Assembly (NCBI GenBank): GCA_965205015.1
Contig: OZ242029.1
Location: 2,400,001-2,464,000, forward strand
Length of the DNA stretch: 64,000 nt
Source of the DNA: Candidatus Poribacteria bacterium
GTDB taxonomy: Bacteria; Poribacteria; WGA-4E; WGA-3G
Direction: 5' to 3'
In this document: positions 38,160 through 48,259 of the stretch, in pieces
How the letters are laid out: every line of letters begins with the position of its first letter
Position numbering within the stretch: position 1 is the first letter of the stretch
Notes under the pieces: model-generated
Seen by the model: the letters and a program-made list of their open reading frames with translations, nothing else
Told to the model about the DNA's origin: nothing
Databases searched by the model: none
Translations under genes and position numbers: made by a program

Positions 38160-39590
38160 ATGTTAATGACCTTAATTCAGAAAGAGATGATGCATCACAT
38201 TCTGAGCGTCCGATTTGTCGCGCTCCTTTTGATGTGTCTCTTGCTTGTTCCGCTTACCTTGCATATCAATTACGGCAATTATCGCCAGAATTTAGTGGAT
38301 TATCAAGAAGCCGTTAAACGAGCGAACCTTGAAGAGGCAGAAGTGAACCCTATGTCGCCCCCTGAGCCGGAACAGGAAGTTTCCAAACTTTTCCTCAAAC
38401 CGACCCCTTTGAGTGTCTTCGCAAACGGATTGGAGAACGTGCTGCCGAGTTATCTCGGTATGACCCGCAACGGAATTACACAGGGGCCCGACGCTTTAAT
38501 CGCCTCACCCCTTTCCTACCTGCTGGGACATCTCGATTTTCTCTTTATCATAGGTACAGTTTTCAGTCTGCTGGCGTTGCTGTTTACGTTCGATGCCGTT
38601 GCCGGGGAGAGAGAAGCAGGGACGTTGCGGATTACCTTAGCAAACGCTCTCCCGCGCGACTTATTCCTATGGAGCAAGTTGATCGGTGGATACCTTGTGT
38701 TTGTTGTTCCGTTCTTGGTGTCGTTTGTCTTCGGTTTACTCTTAATCGTTTGGCAAGGCTTTCCGCTCGGTGCGTCCGACATCTTTCCACGAGTCCTCAG
38801 TTTAACCCTCGTCTCCTTGCTTTATATTGCTGTGTTCTTCGCGATAGGGACAGTGATTTCCATCTACTTGGATAGCGCCAAGACAGCCCTCATCGTCGCC
38901 TTTACTGTCTGGGTGTTTGCCGTGCTGATTACACCACGCGTTGGGTTTCTGGCAGCCAAACTCATTACGCCAACACGAACGCCGCAGAGCATCTATATGG
39001 AGAAAACAGCCATGCGAGAAGATTTCAACGCAGTGCTCGAAAAGGAAAAAATGAAAATAATGTCCCAGCTCGAATGGGACGAGATGACAGATGAGATGGG
39101 CCGCAGAATTACACTCATAATACCCGGAGGGAAAAATGCGGAAAAAATCAATGCGCACATGGAACCGTTTGAAGAGGAATATCGCTTGAAATTCCAAAAC
39201 CACTCTGATAAACTCGACCGAGATTACAAACGTGAAACAGGACGACAAGAGCAAATCGGTGAGACACTCTCCCGAATGACACCGACATCTTCTTTAATCT
39301 ATCTCGCGACGAACTTGACCCAGACTGGAAAGGCAAAAAGAAGCGACTACTTGCAAGCAGGAAATCGCTACTGGGATAGGCTCGACACGGAGGTGTTCAG
39401 CAAAATTTCAGATCAGACCTATAACAGACATCACCATGAAGGTGTCAAGGTCACACAACCATCCCCTTTAGAGACAATGACCTTAGGCGAGACATTCCGT
39501 CGATCGGTTGTGGATGTGTTACTCCTCTGCTGCTTTGCTGTGGTGCTAACAACCGTGGCGTTTCTGAGATTCTTCCGTACAGATATTTGA
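38160..39590 (+). CDS. ABC transporter permease subunit (paralog of 36358-37800)
   Basis: Same motifs; ends 'FLRFFRTDI'. Confidence 0.85.
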   Translation: MLMTLIQKEMMHHILSVRFVALLLMCLLLVPLTLHINYGNYRQNLVDYQEAVKRANLEEAEVNPMSPPEPEQEVSKLFLKPTPLSVFANGLENVLPSYLGMTRNGITQGPDALIASPLSYLLGHLDFLFIIGTVFSLLALLFTFDAVAGEREAGTLRITLANALPRDLFLWSKLIGGYLVFVVPFLVSFVFGLLLIVWQGFPLGASDIFPRVLSLTLVSLLYIAVFFAIGTVISIYLDSAKTALIVAFTVWVFAVLITPRVGFLAAKLITPTRTPQSIYMEKTAMREDFNAVLEKEKMKIMSQLEWDEMTDEMGRRITLIIPGGKNAEKINAHMEPFEEEYRLKFQNHSDKLDRDYKRETGRQEQIGETLSRMTPTSSLIYLATNLTQTGKAKRSDYLQAGNRYWDRLDTEVFSKISDQTYNRHHHEGVKVTQPSPLETMTLGETFRRSVVDVLLLCCFAVVLTTVAFLRFFRTDI

Positions 39591-39672
39591 GGAGAAACAG
39601 TGACGTCTTTAACTCACTTTTACGGAGAATGTTAAGATAACCAAACCTCTTCATTAATCACGGAGAATCCTG

Positions 39673-42567
39673 ATGCAAAAAGATGATGTTCACCTGATTC
39701 GCAGCACCTTGTCAGGCAATGACGAGGCATTCAGCACTTTAGTGAAAAAATACCAAAAGGGTATTCACGCCCTTGCCTGGCGGAAAATTGGCGATTTTCA
39801 CTATGCAGAAGAAATTACGCAAGACACCTTCCTTCAGGCATACAAAAAACTCTCAACACTCAAGGATCCCAACCAGTTTGCGGGATGGCTCTACGTCATT
39901 GCAAATAGACTTTGCCTCAATTGGATGCGCAAGAAAAAACCTGTAATGCAATCGCTGGACGGGACATCTACGGGAGAGATAGAGAAATTTTCCTATAGCC
40001 ATTATGTATCGGAGCAGCGCGAGACAGAAGCCTTTGAACGTCGCAATGAAATCGTCAAAAAACTTCTTGCCAGATTGCCAGAGAGCGAACGCACGGTCGT
40101 TACGCTCTACTACCTCGGCGAAATGACAACAAAAGAAATTGGTGAATTCTTAGGTGTATCCGTGAAGACGATTCACAGTCGACTCCATCGGGCACGAAAG
40201 CGTTTGCAAGAGAAAGAGGAACTTTTGGTGAGTGATGTCCTCGGCGGTGTTCAATTACCCACCCGTCTCATTGAGAACATCATGCAGCAAGTTGCTGATC
40301 TGAGACCGACGCCACCTCCAGTCACGAAACCCTTACTTCCATGGATGGCTTTTGGCACGGCTGCCATCTTGGTTATATTGCTGCTGGGCATGAGCAATCA
40401 ATATCTTATCCGTTTTCAAAAGCCTTACAGTTTCGAGGCGCAATCTGAACCGATGATTGAAATCGTTGACACGCTTATTGTGCTTGATGTTGATGCCAAA
40501 CCGGCAGTGCGGAATCAAGTTGGACGTGCCGTTAACCCCGGTAAAAGCGTTAGTACCGGTTTGCCAAGTACTGAGACATTAACGTCCAATGTACAGGACG
40601 ATCTTGCTAAGCTCTCTACTTCGCAGTGGTCCCGAACAAATGGACCGTATGGTGGTACTGTGCAAAATATTTTCGCTACATCCGACAAGACTCTCTATGC
40701 TGCTGCACAATCAGGCATTTATAGACTGGCAGCGGGCGAAACTGCATGGACACTCATCAACAGGGATATACCGACCAATCGGATCCGAACGCCGATGGCA
40801 GCGCATGCCGACACCCTCTATATTGTTTCCACCGATAAAATATTCGCTTCAATCGATAAGGGTGAAACGTGGAATGTGTTCTGCTCCCGACCAAAAGGGC
40901 ATGCTGTTGGACTTATCATAACAAATGAGGCAGCCGGGCATACTTCACATCCACGTCCTATAATGTATCTCGCCCTTCAAATGAAAGGCGTTTTCCGATC
41001 CACAGATGCTGGTGAGCGATGGGATCTCCTGGGAAACGGACTGGCAAACAAAACCGTTTACGCTGTCGCTGCGATTGGAAACACGATGTTTGCTGGCACA
41101 AACGAGGGACTCTATCGCCTCAATTCAGATGTGTGGCAGCGATTATCGGTGCATCCCTTCCAACAAGCCATCCTGTCTCTAACCGTTTTTGAAAATAATC
41201 TCTATGTTGTAACGGGACCTGAGCCATCAGGATGGAAGTTTCGCGAATCAAGTGAAAATGTTACAGTTGAAAGTAGTATAGCAGTACAGATGAGCATCAT
41301 GCACAGCCTAAATTCAGAGAGGGTTTTCCATTCGATTGACTTGGGGGCATCGTGGACTGAGATAGCGGACAGAAATGAATCTCCTTTTAGGGATACAGCA
41401 CTGGAGGCGATATTTCTGATGAATACCGGCGAAATGTTCTTATCGCAAGGGGTTGTCGCGACGGACAAGAATACTTTTTACAGGGGCGGTTCCTTTGGTA
41501 TGGATCGCACAACCGATGGCGGTAAATCATGGCAGCCATTCATGAACGGGATAATGGGAACAACAATACACGATCTTGTCACGGTCAACAATAGACTTTA
41601 TGCACATACCAATAAAGGACTTGTTCAGTCAACTGACGGTGGCGAGGTGTGGAAAACCGTTGGGATTGATTCCGGTAAACATTCGCTTGAAGGGATAGAA
41701 GAAGAGTTTTCTCCGTTTCATTTCTCTCTCAATTCACAGTTAGCAATTGCTGGAGACGTTCTTTATGGAATCGCTCGCGAAAAAGACAATCTACGCCTTG
41801 TGCAATTATCTACAGGTAACAACACACTTGTTCCGGTTCAAAAGGCACCCACTTTTGAACGGGAATACTCGTCTATTGAACTCGCCACATGGACAGAAGG
41901 AATCAAACAGGGTCCTCCTGAAGAAAACGGGAACCCCTCACCAGTCGTAGCGTCCTTGGTTACAGACGATAGCAGGATTGGCGGGTTCGCAGTCAGCCGA
42001 CAAGCGTTCTATATTGAATGGAAGCACCGGCTTTTTAGGTGGAAACTCGGCGACTCGGAATGGACGGATACCGGGTTAATAGATACCAGTGGATCGCTTA
42101 ATGACAGATCTGATAAAGGCTTTAAATTAGCAGTTTCAGGGGAAACTGTCTACGTGGGTAAACGGGACGGCAAGTTGTTTCAATCACTCGATGAGGGGAA
42201 CAGTTGGAAAGATGTCACACCAATCCTGCCGCTCCATTTTACCCGTTTCAAAGAGATAGTCTTTGTGGGGTCAACGGTTTACGTTGCAACGGACGCAGGT
42301 GTCCTCGCTTCACAGAACGGTGAACACTGGCGCGTGCTCACCGATGAAATGGGTGCCCGTCCCGTCATAGATAGATTTGCTGTCGATCATTCCAATCTTT
42401 ATGGTGCGGGTGATGCAGGGATCTATCGTTTGGACGACCATCAGAGATGGCATCAGATTTTCCCAAGTGTTCCAGAGACAGTTGGCTCCCTTGTCATCAG
42501 CAATGACAAACTTTACGTTGCTACTCAGCATGGCAGGATGTTTCATATCCCTCTTGAATCGCGGTGA
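39673..42567 (+). CDS. ECF sigma factor - TM helix - BNR/Asp-box beta-propeller fusion
   Basis: Sigma2/sigma4 paralogous to the other two, TM 'LLPWMAFGTAAILVILLLG'; repeated 'S.D.G..W' Asp-boxes and 'LY..T..G'. Confidence 0.9.
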   Translation: MQKDDVHLIRSTLSGNDEAFSTLVKKYQKGIHALAWRKIGDFHYAEEITQDTFLQAYKKLSTLKDPNQFAGWLYVIANRLCLNWMRKKKPVMQSLDGTSTGEIEKFSYSHYVSEQRETEAFERRNEIVKKLLARLPESERTVVTLYYLGEMTTKEIGEFLGVSVKTIHSRLHRARKRLQEKEELLVSDVLGGVQLPTRLIENIMQQVADLRPTPPPVTKPLLPWMAFGTAAILVILLLGMSNQYLIRFQKPYSFEAQSEPMIEIVDTLIVLDVDAKPAVRNQVGRAVNPGKSVSTGLPSTETLTSNVQDDLAKLSTSQWSRTNGPYGGTVQNIFATSDKTLYAAAQSGIYRLAAGETAWTLINRDIPTNRIRTPMAAHADTLYIVSTDKIFASIDKGETWNVFCSRPKGHAVGLIITNEAAGHTSHPRPIMYLALQMKGVFRSTDAGERWDLLGNGLANKTVYAVAAIGNTMFAGTNEGLYRLNSDVWQRLSVHPFQQAILSLTVFENNLYVVTGPEPSGWKFRESSENVTVESSIAVQMSIMHSLNSERVFHSIDLGASWTEIADRNESPFRDTALEAIFLMNTGEMFLSQGVVATDKNTFYRGGSFGMDRTTDGGKSWQPFMNGIMGTTIHDLVTVNNRLYAHTNKGLVQSTDGGEVWKTVGIDSGKHSLEGIEEEFSPFHFSLNSQLAIAGDVLYGIAREKDNLRLVQLSTGNNTLVPVQKAPTFEREYSSIELATWTEGIKQGPPEENGNPSPVVASLVTDDSRIGGFAVSRQAFYIEWKHRLFRWKLGDSEWTDTGLIDTSGSLNDRSDKGFKLAVSGETVYVGKRDGKLFQSLDEGNSWKDVTPILPLHFTRFKEIVFVGSTVYVATDAGVLASQNGEHWRVLTDEMGARPVIDRFAVDHSNLYGAGDAGIYRLDDHQRWHQIFPSVPETVGSLVISNDKLYVATQHGRMFHIPLESR

Positions 42568-42637
42568 TAGGTGTGGTTTCCGAATTCCCGCGAAACCCAA
42601 AATTCACTTTCTAATCATAAACTGAAGGAGACTCATA

Positions 42638-43402
42638 ATGAAATGTATATGTATTGTCACTGTCCTTTTTCTCTTGCCCTTTTCCGGCTGGTCAGGCACA
42701 TTTCTGGAAACCTTTGAGGGTGGAGGTTTGGAAGCGTGGCAAGAACTTATCGCATGGGACATTCAGGGAGATAAAGGACCCGGTTCTTGGAAAGTCGTTG
42801 ACGGTGAACTCCACGCCGTAAATCGTGAAGCGTTTTTTCGTCTACTAACGACCGGAGATGACACATGGAAAGACTACACTCTCGAATTTGATGTCAAGCC
42901 CCTGAAAAAGCACGGTAGGGGCGGGATTTCCATTGCCGTGCGGATTCAGGGAGCTTGGGTAGTTTACTGTAGTCTTCATGATATAAGGGTTATATTTAAG
43001 AATAAACCTCCTATTGAGGAACCTCGGGTAGATTGTGCAGGAGGTAATTTGCACGCTGGAATGTTCGCATCTTTCCATTCTAACCCTCGTGCACTTCCAA
43101 GGTTGAACGAGTGGTTCCATCTAAAGTTGAGTGTTGAAGGCGACACCTTTACCTTCTGGATTAACGGTGAACGGATTATAAACCGTCGGGCACCTCGATT
43201 TAGAGACCTTGAAGATTTTCCTAACTTTTTGACGGGTGGTGTCGGTTTCGGTCTCAGAAATTATACAGCGCGCTTTGATAACATCACTGTCACCGGTGAT
43301 AGCATTCCAGATAGGGTGCCAGATAGGGGTGGATTCGCCGTAACGCCCCACGGAAAACTCACAACAACATGGGGCAACCTAAAACTGACTGCCGACCGCT
43401 AA
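42638..43402 (+). CDS. Exported DUF1080/ConA-like beta-sandwich protein with TWG-type tag
   Basis: 'W.V.DGEL','WKDYTLEFDV','W.HLK..V.G','GGVG......FDNI.V'; ends FAVTPHGKLTTTWGNLK. Confidence 0.75.
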   Translation: MKCICIVTVLFLLPFSGWSGTFLETFEGGGLEAWQELIAWDIQGDKGPGSWKVVDGELHAVNREAFFRLLTTGDDTWKDYTLEFDVKPLKKHGRGGISIAVRIQGAWVVYCSLHDIRVIFKNKPPIEEPRVDCAGGNLHAGMFASFHSNPRALPRLNEWFHLKLSVEGDTFTFWINGERIINRRAPRFRDLEDFPNFLTGGVGFGLRNYTARFDNITVTGDSIPDRVPDRGGFAVTPHGKLTTTWGNLKLTADR

Positions 43403-43522
43403 TTGCTATCCTATTTCCATTTTTCCTGCAAAAAATGTAAAGATGTGGTAAAATAGGGATACATGATGGGTACCCATACGACCCGAAGGAGGGGCTAAAA
43501 CCACACCACAACTACTGAAACT

Positions 43523-44602
43523 ATGAAAATCATCGACGTTAAAACTTACAATTTACGCTATCCACTCATCGAACCCTTCGCGAATTCACGCGGCTGGACG
43601 AACACGCGAACCGCCGTCGTTGTCGAAATTTGCACGGATGCCGGCATTACCGGTTGGGGTGAAGGCGTGAGCGTTCCGTCTGCCTCATCGGTTGAAGCGC
43701 ATCTGATCGGACAGTCGCCTTTTGAAACGGAACGGATTTGGGAGGCGATGCGCAGCGACATCGGCGCGCTGAGTGGGATCGACATCGCACTCTGGGACAT
43801 CATGGGCAAAGCGTTGGACATGCCGATCTATCAACTCCTCGGCGGCGCGTTCCGATTGAAGATTCCGGCGTACGCAAGCGGACTCTTCAAGAAAGACAAA
43901 CCTGATATCACCCAAGCCTTGATGGACGAGGCGAAAGGCTACGTCGATGCTGGGTTTCCCGCTGTCAAGATGAAAATCGGTTTCGGTGAGGGTTACGATG
44001 TGAAGAACGTCGCTGCGGTTCGGCGCGCCATTGGAGACGATACGCTCTTCGCCGTCGACGCAAATTGTGGCTACGATGTCGGGACTGCGATCGATGTCGG
44101 GCAGAAACTTTTGGACTACGACCTCTTCTGGTATGAGGAGCCGATTACCAGTGACGATGTGACAGGCTATCGGGAGATTCGACACGCACTGAAGGTGAGA
44201 ATCGCTGGCGGCGAGATGCTAAAAGGACGTTGGGCGTTCCGAGACCTGCTGCAGGCACGCGGATTGGATATTGTACAACCCGATCTGAGCATCGCAGGCG
44301 GTTTCACGGAGTGCCGAAAAATTGCTGCTATGGCGAGTGCGAACTACGTTCGGGTGTTACCCCACATGTGGGGCGGTAGTATCCGCCTCGCTGCGACGTT
44401 GCACTGGCAAGCCACGCTCCCGGATGCACCCCAAGCCCTCAACCCTGTCCCTTCTCTGTTGGAATTCGATATGACCGAAAACCGGCTCCGCACAGCGTTG
44501 GTACAGCAACCGATACGTGCCGTTGATGGACACGTTGATGTTCCACAGGCACCCGGGTTGGGCATTGACATTGACCGAGACGTATTAGAACAGTACGCAT
44601 GA
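43523..44602 (+). CDS. Mandelate racemase/muconate lactonizing enzyme family protein
   Basis: 'G.TGWGE','GIDIALWDI.GK','K.KIG','VDAN','WYEEP','GE','QPD','PH'. Confidence 0.92.
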   Translation: MKIIDVKTYNLRYPLIEPFANSRGWTNTRTAVVVEICTDAGITGWGEGVSVPSASSVEAHLIGQSPFETERIWEAMRSDIGALSGIDIALWDIMGKALDMPIYQLLGGAFRLKIPAYASGLFKKDKPDITQALMDEAKGYVDAGFPAVKMKIGFGEGYDVKNVAAVRRAIGDDTLFAVDANCGYDVGTAIDVGQKLLDYDLFWYEEPITSDDVTGYREIRHALKVRIAGGEMLKGRWAFRDLLQARGLDIVQPDLSIAGGFTECRKIAAMASANYVRVLPHMWGGSIRLAATLHWQATLPDAPQALNPVPSLLEFDMTENRLRTALVQQPIRAVDGHVDVPQAPGLGIDIDRDVLEQYA

Positions 44603-44674
44603 AGACATTCCACTTTGCTGGCGAGGTTTCCTAACCTCGCCCTTTTACAACTGAAGACCGACAACCGAAGACTG

Positions 44675-45499
44675 ATGACTATTAAAAAACGTATCCTAAT
44701 TGTATGCCTCTTACTCTTATCCGTATGTAGCGTTATCTTCCTCTACCACTTCCGCGTCGAAGCGGATTCCCGTACCCAGCAACCGATGGAGGATGCTTCA
44801 TTTTCGCATGAACTGTTTGATCAGGTGCTGCGGGAGCATGTCGATGAAAAGGGAGGGGTTAATTACACAAAACTGAAGGCGAATCCTGAAAAGTTGATAG
44901 CGTATTTGGACCTATTGGCTTTTGCGGATCCAGAGGCGTTCTCTTACAATGAACGACTGACGTTCTGGATTAACGCCTACAACGCACTCGTCATTAAAGG
45001 CGTCGTCAACCACTATCCGATAACGAGTGTCCGAAAAGTCAAACTCTTCAACGGTTTCTTCTCTCGATTGAAGTTCCACGTTGCGGGGAAGATGTACACA
45101 CTCAATCAAATTGAACACGGCATTATCCGCACAGAGTTTGTGGACCCACGTGTTCACTTCGTCCTCGTATGCGCTTCGAGAAGTTGTCCGCCTTTATGGA
45201 ACCGTGCTTATGCTGCCGAGACGCTTGAGGAGCGTCTTGAGACTGCAACGTTCAACTTTATTCAGAATCCTGAACAGGTTCGGATTGATCGCGCGAAACG
45301 CCACGTCTACGTCTCGAAAATTTTCAAATGGTACAACAAGGATTTTAAGGAAGGTTACGACGGTGTAGTGGATTTTCTCGCCGATTATTTACCGCCTGAA
45401 GACGCGGAATATTTGGAATCGACAGATGTTAAGGTTCGCTATTTGGACTACGACTGGACCCTAAACGATTTTTCTAATAATTCGCAAGGCGTGAAATGA
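44675..45499 (+). CDS. DUF547 domain protein
   Basis: 'FWINAYNA','LN.IEH','DPRVHF.L.CAS.SCP','SKIF.WY..DF','YDWTLN'. Confidence 0.9.
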   Translation: MTIKKRILIVCLLLLSVCSVIFLYHFRVEADSRTQQPMEDASFSHELFDQVLREHVDEKGGVNYTKLKANPEKLIAYLDLLAFADPEAFSYNERLTFWINAYNALVIKGVVNHYPITSVRKVKLFNGFFSRLKFHVAGKMYTLNQIEHGIIRTEFVDPRVHFVLVCASRSCPPLWNRAYAAETLEERLETATFNFIQNPEQVRIDRAKRHVYVSKIFKWYNKDFKEGYDGVVDFLADYLPPEDAEYLESTDVKVRYLDYDWTLNDFSNNSQGVK

Positions 45500-45500
45500 A

Positions 45501-45604
45501 GGGTTTGGTTTAACGACGGTTTTTGAGCACTGACCGCCTGCGTGTTTTTGCTTGGGTATTTCTGCGTATTGTTGCAGGCTGCCGTCTTCGGTAAAATTAA
45601 AAAA
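45501..45604 (-). repeat. Interspersed repeat family B (reverse copy)
   Basis: Reverse complement ttttaattttaccgaagacggcagcctgcaacaatacgcagaaatacccaagcaaaaacacgcaggcgg... Confidence 0.7.
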
Positions 45605-45626
45605 TAGGAGGCTAATAGTTTAAAAA

Positions 45627-46661
45627 ATGGTGAATACAGCCGTTATTGGCTACGGGTATGCCGGACGCGCGTTTCATACCTATCTCGTCGGTTTGGCAGA
45701 TGGTCTGAATCTTTACGCTGTTGCGACACGAGATGCCGAACGCCGGGAAGCCGCCCGTGAGGCATATCCAAACGTACAGATGTATCAAACGATTGACGAA
45801 GTCATTGCAGATGACTCAGTCGACCTCGTTGTGTTAGCCACACCGCACGACACACACGCCGAACTCTCTATCAAGGCGATGGACGCCGGGAAGCACGTCG
45901 TCACAGACAAAATCATGGCGATGAATACCGCCGAAGCGGACATCATGATTGCAGCGAGTGAGCGGAACAACGTCCTGCTCAGTGTCTTTCATAATCGCCG
46001 ATGGGATTGGGATTACAACACCATCAGAAAGATTATTGACGACGGTTTACTTGGAACGCCTTACCTCTTTCAGGTCGCGATTATGCGATACGGACCGCCT
46101 CGCGGGTGGCGGGGTGTCAAAAGTCAAAGCGGCGGCATCCTTTACGATTGGCCCGCACACTTCGTCGATCAGGCGCTACAACTCGTAACGGCACCCGTTG
46201 AATCTGTGTACTGCGACGTTCACTACAATTCGAGATGGGATATCGACATTGGCAATTACGCCAACCTCATCATTAAGTTTGAAAACGATGTACGGTATCA
46301 AATTGAGATTAGCAATCTCTCCAAAGCGGAGAAACCGCGTTGGTATATCGTCGGGGATTTGGGTGGGTTAATTAAATACGGCTTGGACCCGCAGGAGGGA
46401 CCGATGGTAGCCGGTAATATTGATGCCGCGCAGCAGGACCCCGAAAACTACGCCAAGGTCTGGACAGAGGCGGATGGCGAGAACAGAGAACGCGTCGTTG
46501 AAAGCGTCCAAACGACATGGAAATCCTACTATCAGAACATTGCAGATGTGCTGAACAAGGGTGAGGAATTGGTTGTCAAGCCTGAGGAAATTCGCAAGGT
46601 CATGCAGGTCTATGATGCAGCGATGCAGTCTGCTGAGACGGGAGAAACCGTGCGGCTATAG
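45627..46661 (+). CDS. Gfo/Idh/MocA oxidoreductase (inositol dehydrogenase-like)
   Basis: 'VIGYGYAG','AGKHVVTDK','FHNRRWD','GGILYD...H'. Confidence 0.9.
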   Translation: MVNTAVIGYGYAGRAFHTYLVGLADGLNLYAVATRDAERREAAREAYPNVQMYQTIDEVIADDSVDLVVLATPHDTHAELSIKAMDAGKHVVTDKIMAMNTAEADIMIAASERNNVLLSVFHNRRWDWDYNTIRKIIDDGLLGTPYLFQVAIMRYGPPRGWRGVKSQSGGILYDWPAHFVDQALQLVTAPVESVYCDVHYNSRWDIDIGNYANLIIKFENDVRYQIEISNLSKAEKPRWYIVGDLGGLIKYGLDPQEGPMVAGNIDAAQQDPENYAKVWTEADGENRERVVESVQTTWKSYYQNIADVLNKGEELVVKPEEIRKVMQVYDAAMQSAETGETVRL

Positions 46662-46680
46662 CCGCGATGTCCTCGTTAGT

Positions 46681-46869
46681 TTCAAACCCGAAGCCTATAA
46701 CGATACGCAGAAATACGCAGAAATACCCAAGCAATACGCAGAAATACGCAGAAATACCCAAGCAAAGACACCAAGCAAAAACACCCCAAGCAAAAACACG
46801 CGGGCGACTCTTGAGAAAGGCACGTTAAATCCCTGACCCGCGGCCTTTAACCGCAAAGTAAAATTAAAA
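46681..46869 (+). repeat. Interspersed repeat family B copy with internal tandem expansion
   Basis: atacgcagaa / atacccaagca / ccaagcaaaaacac units repeated; ends ccgcaaagtaaaattaaaa. Confidence 0.7.
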
Positions 46870-47015
46870 TGTTCAGATTATGGACAGTGGCGTTCAGTTT
46901 TTGACACAATTCTCCGTTGAATTCCGAGAATTTACGAGGAGATAGGTTTTTAGCGTTGGCATCGTATTTGCTAATATCATAACTAACAAACAACTTGTCG
47001 AAAGGGAGACACGGA

Positions 47016-48128
47016 ATGAAAATGAAAACGCAGCGTGGATTCATACTGGTATTGCTCCTTGTGTTTGCTGTTGTGCAAAGCGGTATGACCGCGCATCATG
47101 AGACGGACGCATCGGAATACCACGAATTAAACAAACAGGTCATTGCGAGTATTGACCGAGGATTGGAATGGCTGAAGGGACAACAGGCCGAAGATGGACT
47201 ATTCGCCAATCATCCCGGCATAACGGCTCTCGCACTCACCGCTTTTTTGCGGCATCCTCAGAACAAATATTCGGAGGCAGAGCATCCGTTTATCCAAAAG
47301 GGACTTCAGCGGTTGATTGGGATGCAACAGCCCAACGGTGCGATCTATAATATCGAGATGCAACCCGCACTTCCGAATTACAATACCGCTATCTCAGTAA
47401 TGGCACTCTCCTCAACCGGTAACTCGGAGTATGCGTCTATTATTGAAAGGGCACAAGGTTTCCTGAAAAGTTTACAGGTCACAGATGAGGAGAGCGTCTA
47501 TTACGGTGGGATCGGTTATGGAAGCCGTGAGACCGTGCATGACCTGTCCAACCTGAACCTCGCTATACAAGCGTTGAAAGAGAGCGGCTCCGACGACCAA
47601 GAGGTCTGGGACAAGGCGATTAAGTTTCTGGAACGCACGCAGAATCGGAGTGAGAGCAACGATCAGTCGTGGGCAGGCAATGATGGCGGGTTTATCTATT
47701 CGCCTGACGGTGAAAGCAAAGCCGGCACAGATGCCGCGGGAAGCCCGCGCTCCTATGCCAGCATGACGTATGCCGGATTGTTGAGTTTCATCTACGCCAA
47801 TGTCGACAAGGACGATGAACGTGTACAGTCGGCTTTCAAGTGGATAAAGGAGCATTTCACGCTTGAAGAAAACTACGGCATGGGTGCACAAGGTCTATAC
47901 TATCACTATCACACGATGGCGAAGGCGTTACGGCTTTATGGTGAGTCAACCTTTGTGGACTCGAAAGGCATCTCACACGATTGGTACCGGGAGTTCGCAG
48001 AAAAAATGATCGAGTTGCAGAAGTCCGATGGGTTTTGGGTGAATGATCAAAGCCGTTGGATGGAAGCGGATCCGAGACTCGTAACGGCTTATGTGGTACT
48101 CTCTCTGGACACCGCCTATCCGAAATAG
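47016..48128 (+). CDS. Exported prenyltransferase/squalene oxidase repeat (alpha/alpha barrel) protein
   Basis: QW-like repeats 'L...Q..DG','QQPNG','LQKSDG.W'; signal peptide. Confidence 0.8.
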   Translation: MKMKTQRGFILVLLLVFAVVQSGMTAHHETDASEYHELNKQVIASIDRGLEWLKGQQAEDGLFANHPGITALALTAFLRHPQNKYSEAEHPFIQKGLQRLIGMQQPNGAIYNIEMQPALPNYNTAISVMALSSTGNSEYASIIERAQGFLKSLQVTDEESVYYGGIGYGSRETVHDLSNLNLAIQALKESGSDDQEVWDKAIKFLERTQNRSESNDQSWAGNDGGFIYSPDGESKAGTDAAGSPRSYASMTYAGLLSFIYANVDKDDERVQSAFKWIKEHFTLEENYGMGAQGLYYHYHTMAKALRLYGESTFVDSKGISHDWYREFAEKMIELQKSDGFWVNDQSRWMEADPRLVTAYVVLSLDTAYPK

Positions 48129-48162
48129 GTTTTTCTAATTACAGGATTGTATGCTTAGTGGT

Positions 48163-48258
48163 ACCAAAAACGTAGCCTGCAACAACGGTGCAGACGGATG
48201 CTGATCAAAAACCGTCAAATGCCTAACCCCGTTGTTCTCCCGCAAGGTATAATTAAAA
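48163..48258 (+). repeat. Interspersed repeat family B copy
   Basis: accaaaaacgtagcctgcaacaacgg...ccgcaaggtataattaaaa. Confidence 0.7.
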
Positions 48259-48259
48259 G

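Noticed and set aside
39590-39615. Eighth ECF promoter before the ECF-BNR gene
   Set aside because: CGTCTTTAA is present, but there is no matching -35 element at 17-18 nt spacing
46700-46800. Possible CRISPR array
   Set aside because: Short 10-11-mer tandem units without unique spacers and no cas genes; part of repeat family B
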